Assembly (NCBI GenBank): GCA_039810425.1
Contig: JBDHWW010000011.1
Coordinates: forward strand, 12,223-76,222
DNA length: 64,000 bases
Origin: Pseudobdellovibrionaceae bacterium
GTDB lineage: Bacteria; Bdellovibrionota; Bdellovibrionia; Bdellovibrionales; Bdellovibrionaceae
Direction of reading: 5' to 3'
A model generated the notes under the pieces. The model did no database searches. It was not told the origin of the DNA and was given only the letters and a program-made list of their open reading frames with translations. Of the stretch, positions 1-9,239 are shown in pieces. A program made the translations under genes and the position numbers. Every line of letters starts with the position of its first letter. The first letter of the stretch is position 1.

Positions 1-2
1 AG

Positions 3-581
3 CGGGACAAAGCCGAAGCCATCGGCGCCAATGGCCGCCTGCGGATGAATTTCGCAAAAAGAGCCGATTTCACAGTATGCGCCGATAAATGCCAACGGAT
101 GGATGATGGTGTTGTGACCCACACGGGCGTGGGATTCGATCACGGCATTGGCACCGATGATGCTGTTGTCGCCAATGTGGACCTCCGGGCCGACAACGGC
201 GCAAGGCCCGACGATGACGTTTTTACCAAGTTTTGCTGTTGGACTCACACAGGCCCGCGGATGGATGTGTTCCTCTTGCTGGAAGCGCTGGATCTTTTTG
301 TCAAACAAAGGTCCGACCGTCGCCATTCCCAATTGGATATTGGGCGTCGTAAAGAAGCACGCATGGGCTTTCTCGGGTATTTTAAGATTTTTGTGGGCGA
401 TGATAATGGAGGCATTCTGCTTTAATGCGAGTTCCAGTTGATCTTGTGTGCTGACGAAGGCCAAACACTCAGCGTTCGACTGTTCTGGCGGAAGGATCTT
501 AAGGACCTTTGCTCCGAGAGGACCCTGAACGTAGGTGAGAACCCCACCTGGAATTTCATGAATTTTTGCTGCACTAATCAT
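3..581 (-). CDS. lpxD: UDP-3-O-acyl-glucosamine N-acyltransferase (partial, runs off the window edge)
   Basis: Manual minus-strand translation from ATG at 581 (GAGGTG RBS): MISAAKIHEIPGG...EHIHPRACVSPTAKLGKNVIVGPCAVVGPEVHIGDNSIIGANAVI...IHPQAAIGADGFGFVP. Hexapeptide repeats plus the IGADGFG motif. Not in the ORF track because it is truncated. Confidence 0.9.
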   Translation of the reverse strand, partial: MISAAKIHEIPGGVLTYVQGPLGAKVLKILPPEQSNAECLAFVSTQDQLELALKQNASIIIAHKNLKIPEKAHACFFTTPNIQLGMATVGPLFDKKIQRFQQEEHIHPRACVSPTAKLGKNVIVGPCAVVGPEVHIGDNSIIGANAVIESHARVGHNTIIHPLAFIGAYCEIGSFCEIHPQAAIGADGFGFVP

Positions 582-724
582 AAACACCTCTTTGGTGATG
601 CCTTGCACAAGAGAATCCTATTATTTTTTTGATGTCAAGGGACGGGGAAGTAGTATAAGTGTGCTTATGTTAAGGTATTTTGACCATTCGTAGATCTTCT
701 TGAGATAAGTGGAGGACATTTTCG

Positions 725-1312
725 ATGGCAAAGAAAGCTGCCAAAAAAGAAACTGCAAAGCCTGCCGCAAAAGCAAAGGCTAAAGCACCTGCGGCGAAAG
801 CTGCGGCAAAATCAATAGCGAAAGCTCCGGCTAAAGCGGCTGCGAAGCCTGCTCCGGCTCCTGCGAAGGCAAAACCTTCTGCGGTGAAACCTCCTGTGAA
901 GGTAGAAAAAGCGGGGAAGGCTGAGAAAGTCGAAAAGGCTCCGAAACCGGCCGCTCCGAAGGCGGTTGCGCCGGTAAAAACGGTGCCTCCGGTAAAAGCT
1001 GCGCCTGTTGAAGAGGAAAAGCCGGCAAAGGCTGCAAAAGCGCCGAAAGCTGAAAAGGCTCCTAAAGAAACCAAAAAATCTAAAGCTGAAAAGCTCGCGG
1101 TGGCTGAAGGCCAAATCCGTTGGGGTGATCTCTATCAGAAATATAAGTCTGAAAAACCTCAGGTTTATAACATGTCTGCTCAATTCGAAGCCAATAGACC
1201 TATCCAGCACAAAATTTTGGGTTGGGGATATGTATTGTCGAACGAAAATGATCGCTTGGAGGTGCTGTTTGAGCAGGGGGTTAAGATGCTCATCAGTAAC
1301 TATAAGTCGTAG
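725..1312 (+). CDS. Lys/Ala/Pro-rich (histone H1-like) protein with a C-terminal Tudor-like domain
   Basis: GGAGGA RBS; about 120 aa of AKP-rich low-complexity sequence, then a globular segment HKILGWGYV...LEVLFEQGVKML. Confidence 0.8.
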   Translation: MAKKAAKKETAKPAAKAKAKAPAAKAAAKSIAKAPAKAAAKPAPAPAKAKPSAVKPPVKVEKAGKAEKVEKAPKPAAPKAVAPVKTVPPVKAAPVEEEKPAKAAKAPKAEKAPKETKKSKAEKLAVAEGQIRWGDLYQKYKSEKPQVYNMSAQFEANRPIQHKILGWGYVLSNENDRLEVLFEQGVKMLISNYKS

Positions 1313-1364
1313 CTATGAAAATTTTATTGCTTAGCCCCCAAATCTCACCTAAATATTGAGAAGC

Positions 1365-1583
1365 ATGGCAAAAGAAGATTTAGCTCAGTTAGATGGTAAG
1401 GTTATCGACGCTCTCGCTGGGGGCATCTATAAGGTTCAATTGGACAACAATGTAGAAATTGCTGCAAAGTTGTGTGGAAAAATGCGCCGATTCAACATTC
1501 GCGTTGTGGTCGGCGACCGTGTGACCGTGGGTGTTTCCCCGTATGATCCGACTCATGGCCTTATCATGTACCGTCACAAATAA
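1365..1583 (+). CDS. infA: Translation initiation factor IF-1
   Basis: MAKEDL...GKMRRFNIRVVVGDRVTVGVSPYDPTHGLIMYR; 72 aa. Confidence 0.97.
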   Translation: MAKEDLAQLDGKVIDALAGGIYKVQLDNNVEIAAKLCGKMRRFNIRVVVGDRVTVGVSPYDPTHGLIMYRHK

Positions 1584-1625
1584 ATCATTTGATCTCTCTC
1601 ATTCGTTCATCAAAATAGAGGTATT

Positions 1626-4010
1626 ATGGATCAAGCTCTTCAGAGTTACTTATCTCGTATTGTTCCTACGGTTAACGCGAAATCCGCAGCTGCAGTGATT
1701 GAACTGGCTGGCGAAGGCGCAACCGTTCCCTTCATCGCTCGTTATCGTAAAGAAAAAACCGGCAACCTCGATGAGGTTCAGATTCGCGCGGTGATCGAAG
1801 GGCATGAAACTTACAATGAAATCGTGAAGCGTAAAGCTTTCTTGATTAAAGAAATTGGCGAGCAGAACAATCTGACTGCTGAAGTTAAGAAGCGTATTGA
1901 TCTTTCTTGGGATCTTGGAGAACTCGAAGAGATTTACAAGCCCTTCAAGAAAAAGAAAAAAACCAAAGCAACGATCGCACGTGAGGCGGGGCTTGAACCA
2001 CTGGCCAGTTGGATTTGGGACATGGGTCACGGTTTATTGAAGGACACTGAGACGATGGAGATGAGGGCAAAGAACTTCCTCAACCCGACCGCCAAGATTG
2101 TTACTTATGAAGAAGCGCTTAAAGGTGCTCAAGACATCATCGTCGATAAGATTGCCAATGATGCTGATCTTCGTAAGATTGTCAGTGCGAACTACATGGA
2201 AAAAGGTCGCGTGATCGCGAAAGCCGCGAAGGGTTTCAAGCCACACTCTAAGTTCGAAATGTACAAAGAGTTCGAAGAGCCCGTGAAGAGCTTGCTCGAG
2301 TCTAAGAGCTCCCACCGTTATATGGCGATGAGACGCGGTTGGCAGGAAGAAGAGCTTTCGGTCGATGTAAAGGGTGATGAGGAAGCGCTTCTTAAGACCT
2401 TCGTTTCTTATGCGACCAAAAATCCAGACGATGCGATTGGCGACTTCTTGTCTCAGTGCGCGCGTTTGGCGATGAACGTTTATGTTGTTCCTTCCGTGGT
2501 GAACGAAATTCACCGCTTGTTGAAGGAAAAAGGCGACGAAGATGCGATCAAAGTTTTCGCTGAGAACGTTCGTAAGTTATTGTTGGCTTCTCCGTATGGT
2601 CCAAAGTGCATCTTGGGTGTGGATCCTGGTTTGCGCACGGGCTGTAAGGTGGCTTTGATTGATAAGGGCGGGCATTTCATTTCTCACACCGTGCTTTACA
2701 CTCTTGGTGACAATGCTGAAGAAAAAGCGAAAGTTCTTTTCAAAGAAGTTTTGAAGCAAATCCAAATCGAAGCGATTGCGGTCGGTAACGGAACTGCCGG
2801 GCGCGAGACGGAAGTCTTCTTGAGAAAAATTCTGAAAGATTTGAAATCTGCGATTCCCGTTGTCATGGTGAATGAGTCTGGCGCATCTGTTTACTCCGCG
2901 TCTGATGTCGCTCGCCAAGAGTTTCCTGATTTGGACGTGACCGTGAAGGGCGCGATTTCGATCGCTCGCCGTTTGCAGGATCCTTTGGCGGAACTGGTAA
3001 AAATTGATCCAAAGTCGATCGGTGTCGGCCAGTATCAGCACGATGTGAATCAGTCGTCATTGAAAAAATCTTTGGAAGCTGTCGTTGAATCTTGTGTGAA
3101 TAACGTGGGCGTCGATTTGAATACAGCCTCGACCGCTTTGTTGTCTTTTGTGTCTGGAATCGGCCCGGCGCTCGCGAATAACATCGTGGAGCATAGAAAG
3201 ACGAAAGGTTTGTTCACGGATCGTTCGGAACTTTTGAAGGTTCCTAAGTTTTCGGCAAAAGTTTATGAACAAGCCGCGGGGTTCTTGAGAATCCATGGCG
3301 GTAAAATTGTTCTTGATAATACCGGCATCCATCCTGAGCGTTATACTGCGGTTCGTGACATGGTTCACGAGTTGGGCGTTGCGATCCCTGACGTTGTCGG
3401 CGAAGGCGCCAAGAAATTGTTAGCGCTGAGAACGAAGTGGGCGACGTTGATTGGTGACTTTACGTTTGATGATATCGTGAAAGAGCTTGAAAAACCGGGT
3501 CGCGACCCACGCGATCCGTTCAGAGCGTTCCAGTTCCGCGATGATATCTTTGAGGTGAAAGACCTTAAAGAGGGTATGATTTGCCCGGGTATTGTGACGA
3601 ATGTCACGAACTTCGGTGCTTTCGTTGATATCGGTGTTCACCAAGATGGCTTGGTTCACATCAGCGCCTTGTCAAATAAGTTCGTGGATGACCCTCGTAA
3701 AGTGGTGAATCCTGGGGATCAGGTGAGTGTAAAAGTCCTGAAGGTTGATAAAGAGAAGAATCAGGTCTCTTTGACAATGAGGATGGAAGACACTCCAGAA
3801 CAAAGAGCACCTCGCGACGCGAAGCCCGCTCAAGGGGGCGCTCGTCGTGACGGCCCTGGTGGTGGCAGACCTCAGCATGGGGGCGGCCCTCGCCGCGATC
3901 AACCTCGCCAAGACCGTGGTGGTGATCGCGATCCACGTGGTGGCAAACCTGCCGGGAACCCATTCAATAATCCATTTGCAGCATTAATGAAAATTAACGA
4001 CAAAAAATAG
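1626..4010 (+). CDS. tex: Tex-family transcription accessory protein (YqgF/HhH/S1)
   Basis: GATVPFIARYRKEKTG, GVDPGLRTGCK, DPKSIGVGQYQHDV, and S1 domain TNFGAFVDIGVHQDGLVHIS. Confidence 0.95.
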   Translation: MDQALQSYLSRIVPTVNAKSAAAVIELAGEGATVPFIARYRKEKTGNLDEVQIRAVIEGHETYNEIVKRKAFLIKEIGEQNNLTAEVKKRIDLSWDLGELEEIYKPFKKKKKTKATIAREAGLEPLASWIWDMGHGLLKDTETMEMRAKNFLNPTAKIVTYEEALKGAQDIIVDKIANDADLRKIVSANYMEKGRVIAKAAKGFKPHSKFEMYKEFEEPVKSLLESKSSHRYMAMRRGWQEEELSVDVKGDEEALLKTFVSYATKNPDDAIGDFLSQCARLAMNVYVVPSVVNEIHRLLKEKGDEDAIKVFAENVRKLLLASPYGPKCILGVDPGLRTGCKVALIDKGGHFISHTVLYTLGDNAEEKAKVLFKEVLKQIQIEAIAVGNGTAGRETEVFLRKILKDLKSAIPVVMVNESGASVYSASDVARQEFPDLDVTVKGAISIARRLQDPLAELVKIDPKSIGVGQYQHDVNQSSLKKSLEAVVESCVNNVGVDLNTASTALLSFVSGIGPALANNIVEHRKTKGLFTDRSELLKVPKFSAKVYEQAAGFLRIHGGKIVLDNTGIHPERYTAVRDMVHELGVAIPDVVGEGAKKLLALRTKWATLIGDFTFDDIVKELEKPGRDPRDPFRAFQFRDDIFEVKDLKEGMICPGIVTNVTNFGAFVDIGVHQDGLVHISALSNKFVDDPRKVVNPGDQVSVKVLKVDKEKNQVSLTMRMEDTPEQRAPRDAKPAQGGARRDGPGGGRPQHGGGPRRDQPRQDRGGDRDPRGGKPAGNPFNNPFAALMKINDKK

Positions 4011-4018
4011 GGGGCAAA

Positions 4019-4111
4019 ATGGCAGCTAAAAAGAAAAATAAAAGTGCACGTCATAAAGCAAAGAGACTTGCTACTAAAAAGAGAATGTACAAAGCGAAAA
4101 TCCGTAAGTAG
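4019..4111 (+). CDS. Small highly basic peptide (30 aa, MAAKKKNKSARHKAKRLATKKRMYKAKIRK)
   Basis: AGGGGG RBS immediately after the tex stop; ATG at 4019; tandem TAG TAG stops; directly followed by an intrinsic terminator. Confidence 0.7.
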   Translation: MAAKKKNKSARHKAKRLATKKRMYKAKIRK

Positions 4112-4114
4112 TAG

Positions 4115-4146
4115 AAAAAACCCTCTGAGAACCAGAGGGTTTTTTG
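4115..4146 (+). terminator. Rho-independent terminator (possibly bidirectional)
   Basis: aaaaaaccctctg-agaac-cagagggttttttt. Confidence 0.9.
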
Positions 4147-4400
4147 TTTTTCGCCGAGTATTGTTGGCTGTTCAGACCCTGTGCCAATATCAGGGGGAAA
4201 GGCCTCTTGCGGTTCTATACGCGTATTAGCATTCTCAGTTCAAAGATCTTCAATTTAAATGATTTGAGTTCTTAGAAGCGAAGACGACCTTAAGTCAGTT
4301 CTATTTTCATTTTTAAACTTAAAGAGTTTTGCTTGAAACACGGCAATCTGGAATTCCGCCTCGTGTGGGGCTGGGCCTGGGGGAAAAAGTATTTCCCCGC

Positions 4401-4429
4401 TAGACAATAAGGCATTTACCGGATAACGT
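4401..4429 (+). promoter_or_regulatory. Putative sigma-70 promoter for the leader peptide/ABC transporter
   Basis: TAGACA-N17-TAACGT. Confidence 0.45.
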
Positions 4430-4455
4430 GGAAAAATCTTTGGAGAGGGGGCACC

Positions 4456-4539
4456 ATGATTCTAGTGCAAGTCAGACTGCAAATGAAACTGCAAATTCGC
4501 ATTGACGCCATGGCGGACTCTCTTCTCTCTCAGTTCTAA
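4456..4539 (+). CDS. Putative leader peptide (27 aa, MILVQVRLQMKLQIRIDAMADSLLSQF)
   Basis: Strong GGAGAGGGGG RBS; ends 87 nt before the ABC transporter; structured spacer follows. Confidence 0.5.
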   Translation: MILVQVRLQMKLQIRIDAMADSLLSQF

Positions 4540-4626
4540 AGGCCTCATTAGTTCCAACTAGCGACGAACAGACCTTTTGCTTCTTTTACAATTTAATTTT
4601 TATTCGCAGTTGCTGATGGCCGCTGC

Positions 4627-7600
4627 GTGTCCAGAATGGATTTTATGGATTTCTTTAGGAAGTTATTTTTTACCCAAGCCGTGCCGTTGATCAAAAAGGC
4701 CAAACTCCAGCATATCGAAGAAAACGATATGCTGCCGCTGCCGGATTTGGTGAACCCACGCTCAATTCCAGTGCCTGTGAACGAGATTCGCTGGGATTCT
4801 CCATGGTCTCATCTGATGTCTTTGATTAAAGTCCAAAGACGTTTTGTGATCCCTGGATACGCTTGGTATGGGCTTAACGCGGTTTTCTCGTTGTCGACGC
4901 CTGTGTTGGTGCATCACTTTGTCAGTTTGATTTCAAAGGGCGTGACACAAGAGAATTTGGTTGAGGCGATCATCGTGGGTCTTTTGCTGGGCTTCTGCGG
5001 TTTTGTCTCGGGTTTTTGCTTGCAGCATTTCTTTCACAATACTCTTCGCAGCTATCAGGTTTTAACCAATGTTCTGAGCGAGAAGATTTTTACCCACAGT
5101 TTGAAGCTGAGTCAGAATGCCCGTCAGAAGAATCAGCTCGGCGATATCGTAAATTACATGAGTAGTGATAGCGACGCAGTTGCAGATTGGCCGATCATTT
5201 TCGCGGACTTTATCATGTCTATACTAATGATGACGGCCGTGATCGTGATGCTTTTCTATTATATTGGCTGGTCGGCACTCGCGGCCTTGATTGTGCTCTT
5301 CACGCTGGCACCATTGACGAACTATATAGCGAAACGCTTTACAAAACTCGATGAAGAGATGATGGCTCATCGCGATCACCGCGTGACTTTAATTACCCAG
5401 GCTCTAAACTCGATTCGCGTCGTGAAGTATTTTGCTTGGGAAAAGAGCGTCTCTAAAGAGGTCACGGAGATTCGCGAGAAAGAACTGCAAAGCCGTCGCC
5501 GCTTGGCGCGCGCTGAAGTGATCGCAAGTCTTGGTTACTTGGGGGTTTCAACATTCGTGCTCTTTGTCGCTTTAGCGGCGCACGTGCTGCGTGGCCAGAC
5601 TTTGGATGCGGCGTTGATCTTTACTTGTATCTCGTTGTTCGGATTGCTCGAAGGACCCTTCGGCGAGTTATCGCGTTTGATTTCCCGTGCGACGGCGGCG
5701 AAAGTCGGCGCCGCTCGTCTTTTGAATTTTTTAAAACAAGAAGAGGTTCCGAACTGGCAAAAACAAATTGATACGGCGGGCAGACCTGTTGGTATTGAAA
5801 TGCGCGACCTGACTTTGGTGTACCCGGGGACGGAGCGCGCGGTATTAAAACATTTAAACTTGAATATTCCCGCAGGCAGCTCTGTTGCCATCGTAGGTCC
5901 CGTCGGCTCGGGCAAGAGCTCGATTCTCAATACGCTCTTGGGCGAAATGCAACTGGCATCGGGAGGATTTAAGTTCACCGGCTTGCCGGAGAGCGTGAGT
6001 CCACGTGTCGCTTATGTGCCGCAAGAAGCTTATATCGTAAATACGACACTGCTGGAGAACCTTCAGTTCGGTGAAAACGTCACGAAAGAAGAACTCCGCC
6101 GGGCATTGCATAGCAGTTGTCTTAGCCAGGACTTGCGCCAATGGAAGGGCGGCCTGCGCACAGAGATCGGCGAAAAAGGCGTGAATCTTTCCGGTGGTCA
6201 GAAACAACGTGTAGCCTTGGGTCGTGCTTTCTTGAGCAAACCTCAGGTGGCGTTGCTGGATGATCCTTTGTCTGCGGTGGATGCCGACACTGAGAAGCTT
6301 TTGTGTGAGCGCTTGATCTTTGGCACTTGGAAAGACGTCACACGCGTTGTGGTGACTCATCGTTTGGAATTCCTGGCGCGGTTTGATCAAATCATTTTTA
6401 TGGAGGACGGCGAGGTTAAAGGCCATGGGACACTTGAGCACGTCAAGAAGAGCTGTCCGTCTTTTGTAACTTTCTATGCAGAGCATGGAAAATCCCATGG
6501 TGAGGGTGACATTGCCGTTGTAACAGCGGAGGCCAGCGCGGAAGTGGCGGCTTCGAAAGTGGACGACGAATCTGAAGCTCGCGTGACTGAAGATGAGGAC
6601 CGTGAAAAGGGTGCTGTGAAGGGTTCTGTTTACTGGGATTATATTTTGTCTTTGGGTGGTGATGGTAAGTACAAGCGTCCGCTGATTTTGCTGGCTCTGT
6701 TTGTTGCAACCTGCGCGGTGAACTTCTTGCCGCTCATTCAGAAGTCCTGGTTGTCTTACTATTCATCCCACCAGACCGAATGGCTGGCGCTGACGGCCGT
6801 GGGAGTTTATGGCTTGATCGGTTTGGCTTTGCTTGTGTTGACCTTGCTCGACCAGCTCTTTTGGCTCGCACGTGGTATTCGGGCCGGCCAGAATACTCAC
6901 AACAAGATGCTCCACAGCGTATTGCATGCGCCGGTTCGATTCTTTGATTCAACTCCGGTAGGACGTATTCTGCAGAGATTCTCGCGTGATATTGAATCTG
7001 TCGATGTCTATCTGCAATGGATGTTTAGCGCCGCGGTTAACTGTGCGATGCAGGTGGTTGTGTCGCTCGTGCTGATCTTGGGTTTAATGCCAATGATGAT
7101 TTTCGTGATTGGTCCGGTGATGGCGTTGTATTACCTCTTACAAAGGGACTATCGCCGGCCAGCACGCGAAGCAAAACGTCTTGACAGTGTGGCGCGCTCG
7201 CCCCGATATGCGCACTTTAAAGAGAGCTTGCAAGGGCTTGTCGTCATTCGCAGTTCCAACAAGCAAGATTGGTTTATGAAGAACTTCTACGATAAGCTCG
7301 CGCACAGTCAGAGGATGTTCTACTCGCACTATATGCTGAATCGCTGGTTCTCTTCGCGCATTCCACTGGTGGGGGGCATGATTGCGATGGCGACAACCGT
7401 GGGGATTGCGTTTTCCGCCTATTCCGGCGTGATGAGTGCGGGTACGGCGGGGCTTGTGACGTTGTATTCACTTTCGTTCTGGGGATATTTGAACTGGGGC
7501 GTGAGGGTTTTTGCCGACATCGAATCGCGCATGACTTCAATTGAGCGTTTGAAGTTCTTTGCGAATCTTCCGGCGGAAAAAGAGACTGTCAGAAAATCGG

Positions 7601-8337
7601 CTGAAACTTTGCGCCCGACTTGGCCGGAATTTGGCGAAATCAAAGTTGAAAATCTGCAAGTTCGTTATGCGGAACACTTGCCGTTGGTGCTCAAGGGCAT
7701 CACGTTTGATGTTGCGTCGGGCAGTCGTGTGGGGATCATTGGCAGGACCGGCTCAGGTAAGAGCACGTTTTTCCAATCCCTGTTCCGTTTTATTGAAGCG
7801 GAACAGGGGACAATTGCCATTGATGGTGTGGATATTGGGACAATCCCGTTAGAAAAACTACGCCGCAATCTTGCAATCATTCCACAAGATCCCACATTAT
7901 TCCTTGGAACCATACGGAACAACTTGGATCGCTTTAATGAGTATTCTGACAAAGACGTGACGGAGGCCTTGAAACTCGCTTCCATGTGGGAATATGTGGC
8001 GAGCCTTCCGCAAGGATTGAATTCGCCGGTGACTGAGAGTGGTCTCAATTTAAGTCAGGGACAGCGCCAATTGTTGTGTTTAGCAAGGGCTTTGCTGACC
8101 AAAGCGCGCGTGATTGTGATGGATGAGGCCACAGCAAGCGTCGATGTGCAGACAGACGCGTTGTTGCAGAAGGTCATCAGGAGTGCGTTTAGCGGAGTGA
8201 CGATGTTGATTATTGCCCATCGCCTTGGCACGGTCGCTGATTGTGATCAGATCGTGGAAATTTCCGCGGGCGAGGTAAAGTCGGTCCGACGCCCAGGAGA
8301 ATGGACGCGGCAAGAAATTGAAGAGAGTTTGGTGTAA
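4627..8337 (+). CDS. ABCC/MRP-like full-length ABC transporter (TMD-NBD-TMD-NBD)
   Basis: GPVGSGKSS, TEIGEKGVNLSGGQKQR, LLDDPLSAVD, FFDSTPVGRILQRFSRD, GRTGSGKS, LSQGQRQLLCLARALL, MDEATASVD; start may instead be 4636 or 4645. Confidence 0.93.
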   Translation: MSRMDFMDFFRKLFFTQAVPLIKKAKLQHIEENDMLPLPDLVNPRSIPVPVNEIRWDSPWSHLMSLIKVQRRFVIPGYAWYGLNAVFSLSTPVLVHHFVSLISKGVTQENLVEAIIVGLLLGFCGFVSGFCLQHFFHNTLRSYQVLTNVLSEKIFTHSLKLSQNARQKNQLGDIVNYMSSDSDAVADWPIIFADFIMSILMMTAVIVMLFYYIGWSALAALIVLFTLAPLTNYIAKRFTKLDEEMMAHRDHRVTLITQALNSIRVVKYFAWEKSVSKEVTEIREKELQSRRRLARAEVIASLGYLGVSTFVLFVALAAHVLRGQTLDAALIFTCISLFGLLEGPFGELSRLISRATAAKVGAARLLNFLKQEEVPNWQKQIDTAGRPVGIEMRDLTLVYPGTERAVLKHLNLNIPAGSSVAIVGPVGSGKSSILNTLLGEMQLASGGFKFTGLPESVSPRVAYVPQEAYIVNTTLLENLQFGENVTKEELRRALHSSCLSQDLRQWKGGLRTEIGEKGVNLSGGQKQRVALGRAFLSKPQVALLDDPLSAVDADTEKLLCERLIFGTWKDVTRVVVTHRLEFLARFDQIIFMEDGEVKGHGTLEHVKKSCPSFVTFYAEHGKSHGEGDIAVVTAEASAEVAASKVDDESEARVTEDEDREKGAVKGSVYWDYILSLGGDGKYKRPLILLALFVATCAVNFLPLIQKSWLSYYSSHQTEWLALTAVGVYGLIGLALLVLTLLDQLFWLARGIRAGQNTHNKMLHSVLHAPVRFFDSTPVGRILQRFSRDIESVDVYLQWMFSAAVNCAMQVVVSLVLILGLMPMMIFVIGPVMALYYLLQRDYRRPAREAKRLDSVARSPRYAHFKESLQGLVVIRSSNKQDWFMKNFYDKLAHSQRMFYSHYMLNRWFSSRIPLVGGMIAMATTVGIAFSAYSGVMSAGTAGLVTLYSLSFWGYLNWGVRVFADIESRMTSIERLKFFANLPAEKETVRKSAETLRPTWPEFGEIKVENLQVRYAEHLPLVLKGITFDVASGSRVGIIGRTGSGKSTFFQSLFRFIEAEQGTIAIDGVDIGTIPLEKLRRNLAIIPQDPTLFLGTIRNNLDRFNEYSDKDVTEALKLASMWEYVASLPQGLNSPVTESGLNLSQGQRQLLCLARALLTKARVIVMDEATASVDVQTDALLQKVIRSAFSGVTMLIIAHRLGTVADCDQIVEISAGEVKSVRRPGEWTRQEIEESLV

Positions 8338-8348
8338 ATCCTTTGGGC

Positions 8349-9101
8349 CTAACCAGCTAAAATCTTTTTTGCAATTTCAGCAAAGCCCACGCCGCCACGT
8401 GATTTCGTGATGTGCGTGGGCTTGTGCTTGATGTCGTTGATAAAGTTCTGAATGTTGGCCACTGCATAGGAATGTGGGAAGTAAGCGAACATCGGTTCGT
8501 CATTTGGAGAGTCGCCACTGAAAGCACAAACTTTTTTCGCTTCTTCCGCGCCCACGTCGAATTCTTTTTGCAACATCGTCAAAGTCATCGTGAGTTTGTC
8601 GTAAGTGCCGAACCAACCATTGACGTGAATCGAAGAAACTTTGGCTTGAGCCCCGTGCTGATGGAAGATGTCCACGATCTTTTGCACCTCCGGTTTCGGA
8701 AGCGCGGGAACATCTTCGCAGAAATCAATCGCAAGATCCATCAAACGGCAGAACTGATCACTGGCCAAGGCGCAACCTGGAACCTTCGAGAGAATTTCCG
8801 TCTCTAACTTGTTGAGTTTATCGCGATGGGCTTTTTGGGTTTTCTCGTCGAAGAAAAAGTGACGGAACATTTTCTTGTTGTGATAGCGAAAATAAAACCC
8901 ACCGTTCTCTCCGACAACGCCACTCACGGGCCATTGTCTTGCGATCATTTCGCACCACCCGGCAGGACGTCCAGTAATTGGAATCACATGCACGCCCGCT
9001 CGATGCAAACTCCACAAGGACTCATAGGCTTCGGGTCCCAAAAGACCTTCGTCGGTCAGAGTGTCGTCGATGTCAGTTAGAAGAAATTTTATTTTCGGCA
9101 T
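8349..9101 (-). CDS. HAD-IIB family hydrolase
   Basis: DIDDTLT motif I, ITGR motif II, GDSPNDEPMF motif IV. Confidence 0.9.
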   Translation of the reverse strand: MPKIKFLLTDIDDTLTDEGLLGPEAYESLWSLHRAGVHVIPITGRPAGWCEMIARQWPVSGVVGENGGFYFRYHNKKMFRHFFFDEKTQKAHRDKLNKLETEILSKVPGCALASDQFCRLMDLAIDFCEDVPALPKPEVQKIVDIFHQHGAQAKVSSIHVNGWFGTYDKLTMTLTMLQKEFDVGAEEAKKVCAFSGDSPNDEPMFAYFPHSYAVANIQNFINDIKHKPTHITKSRGGVGFAEIAKKILAG

Positions 9102-9239
9102 GGGTCGAGTTCCTTCCTAACATGTTAAGTGGTCTCATTAGGAAGCGCAAAGTCAAAATTTATACTTGCGCAGTTGGAAAATCGGCTTCATGGTTTGTCT
9201 ATATATTAGTAGTGCCTGCACATGATGAAGGTGTAAAAA

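Noticed and set aside
45..632. Plus-strand ORFs 45-425, 148-441 and 438-632
   Set aside because: Antisense shadows of lpxD, which has clear motifs on the minus strand
670..1210. Ala/Phe-rich and Arg/Phe-rich minus-strand ORFs
   Set aside because: Mirror of the low-complexity AKP gene on the plus strand
4044..4229. 61-aa ORF in the track
   Set aside because: Crosses the terminator and has no RBS; the 4019-4111 frame is better supported
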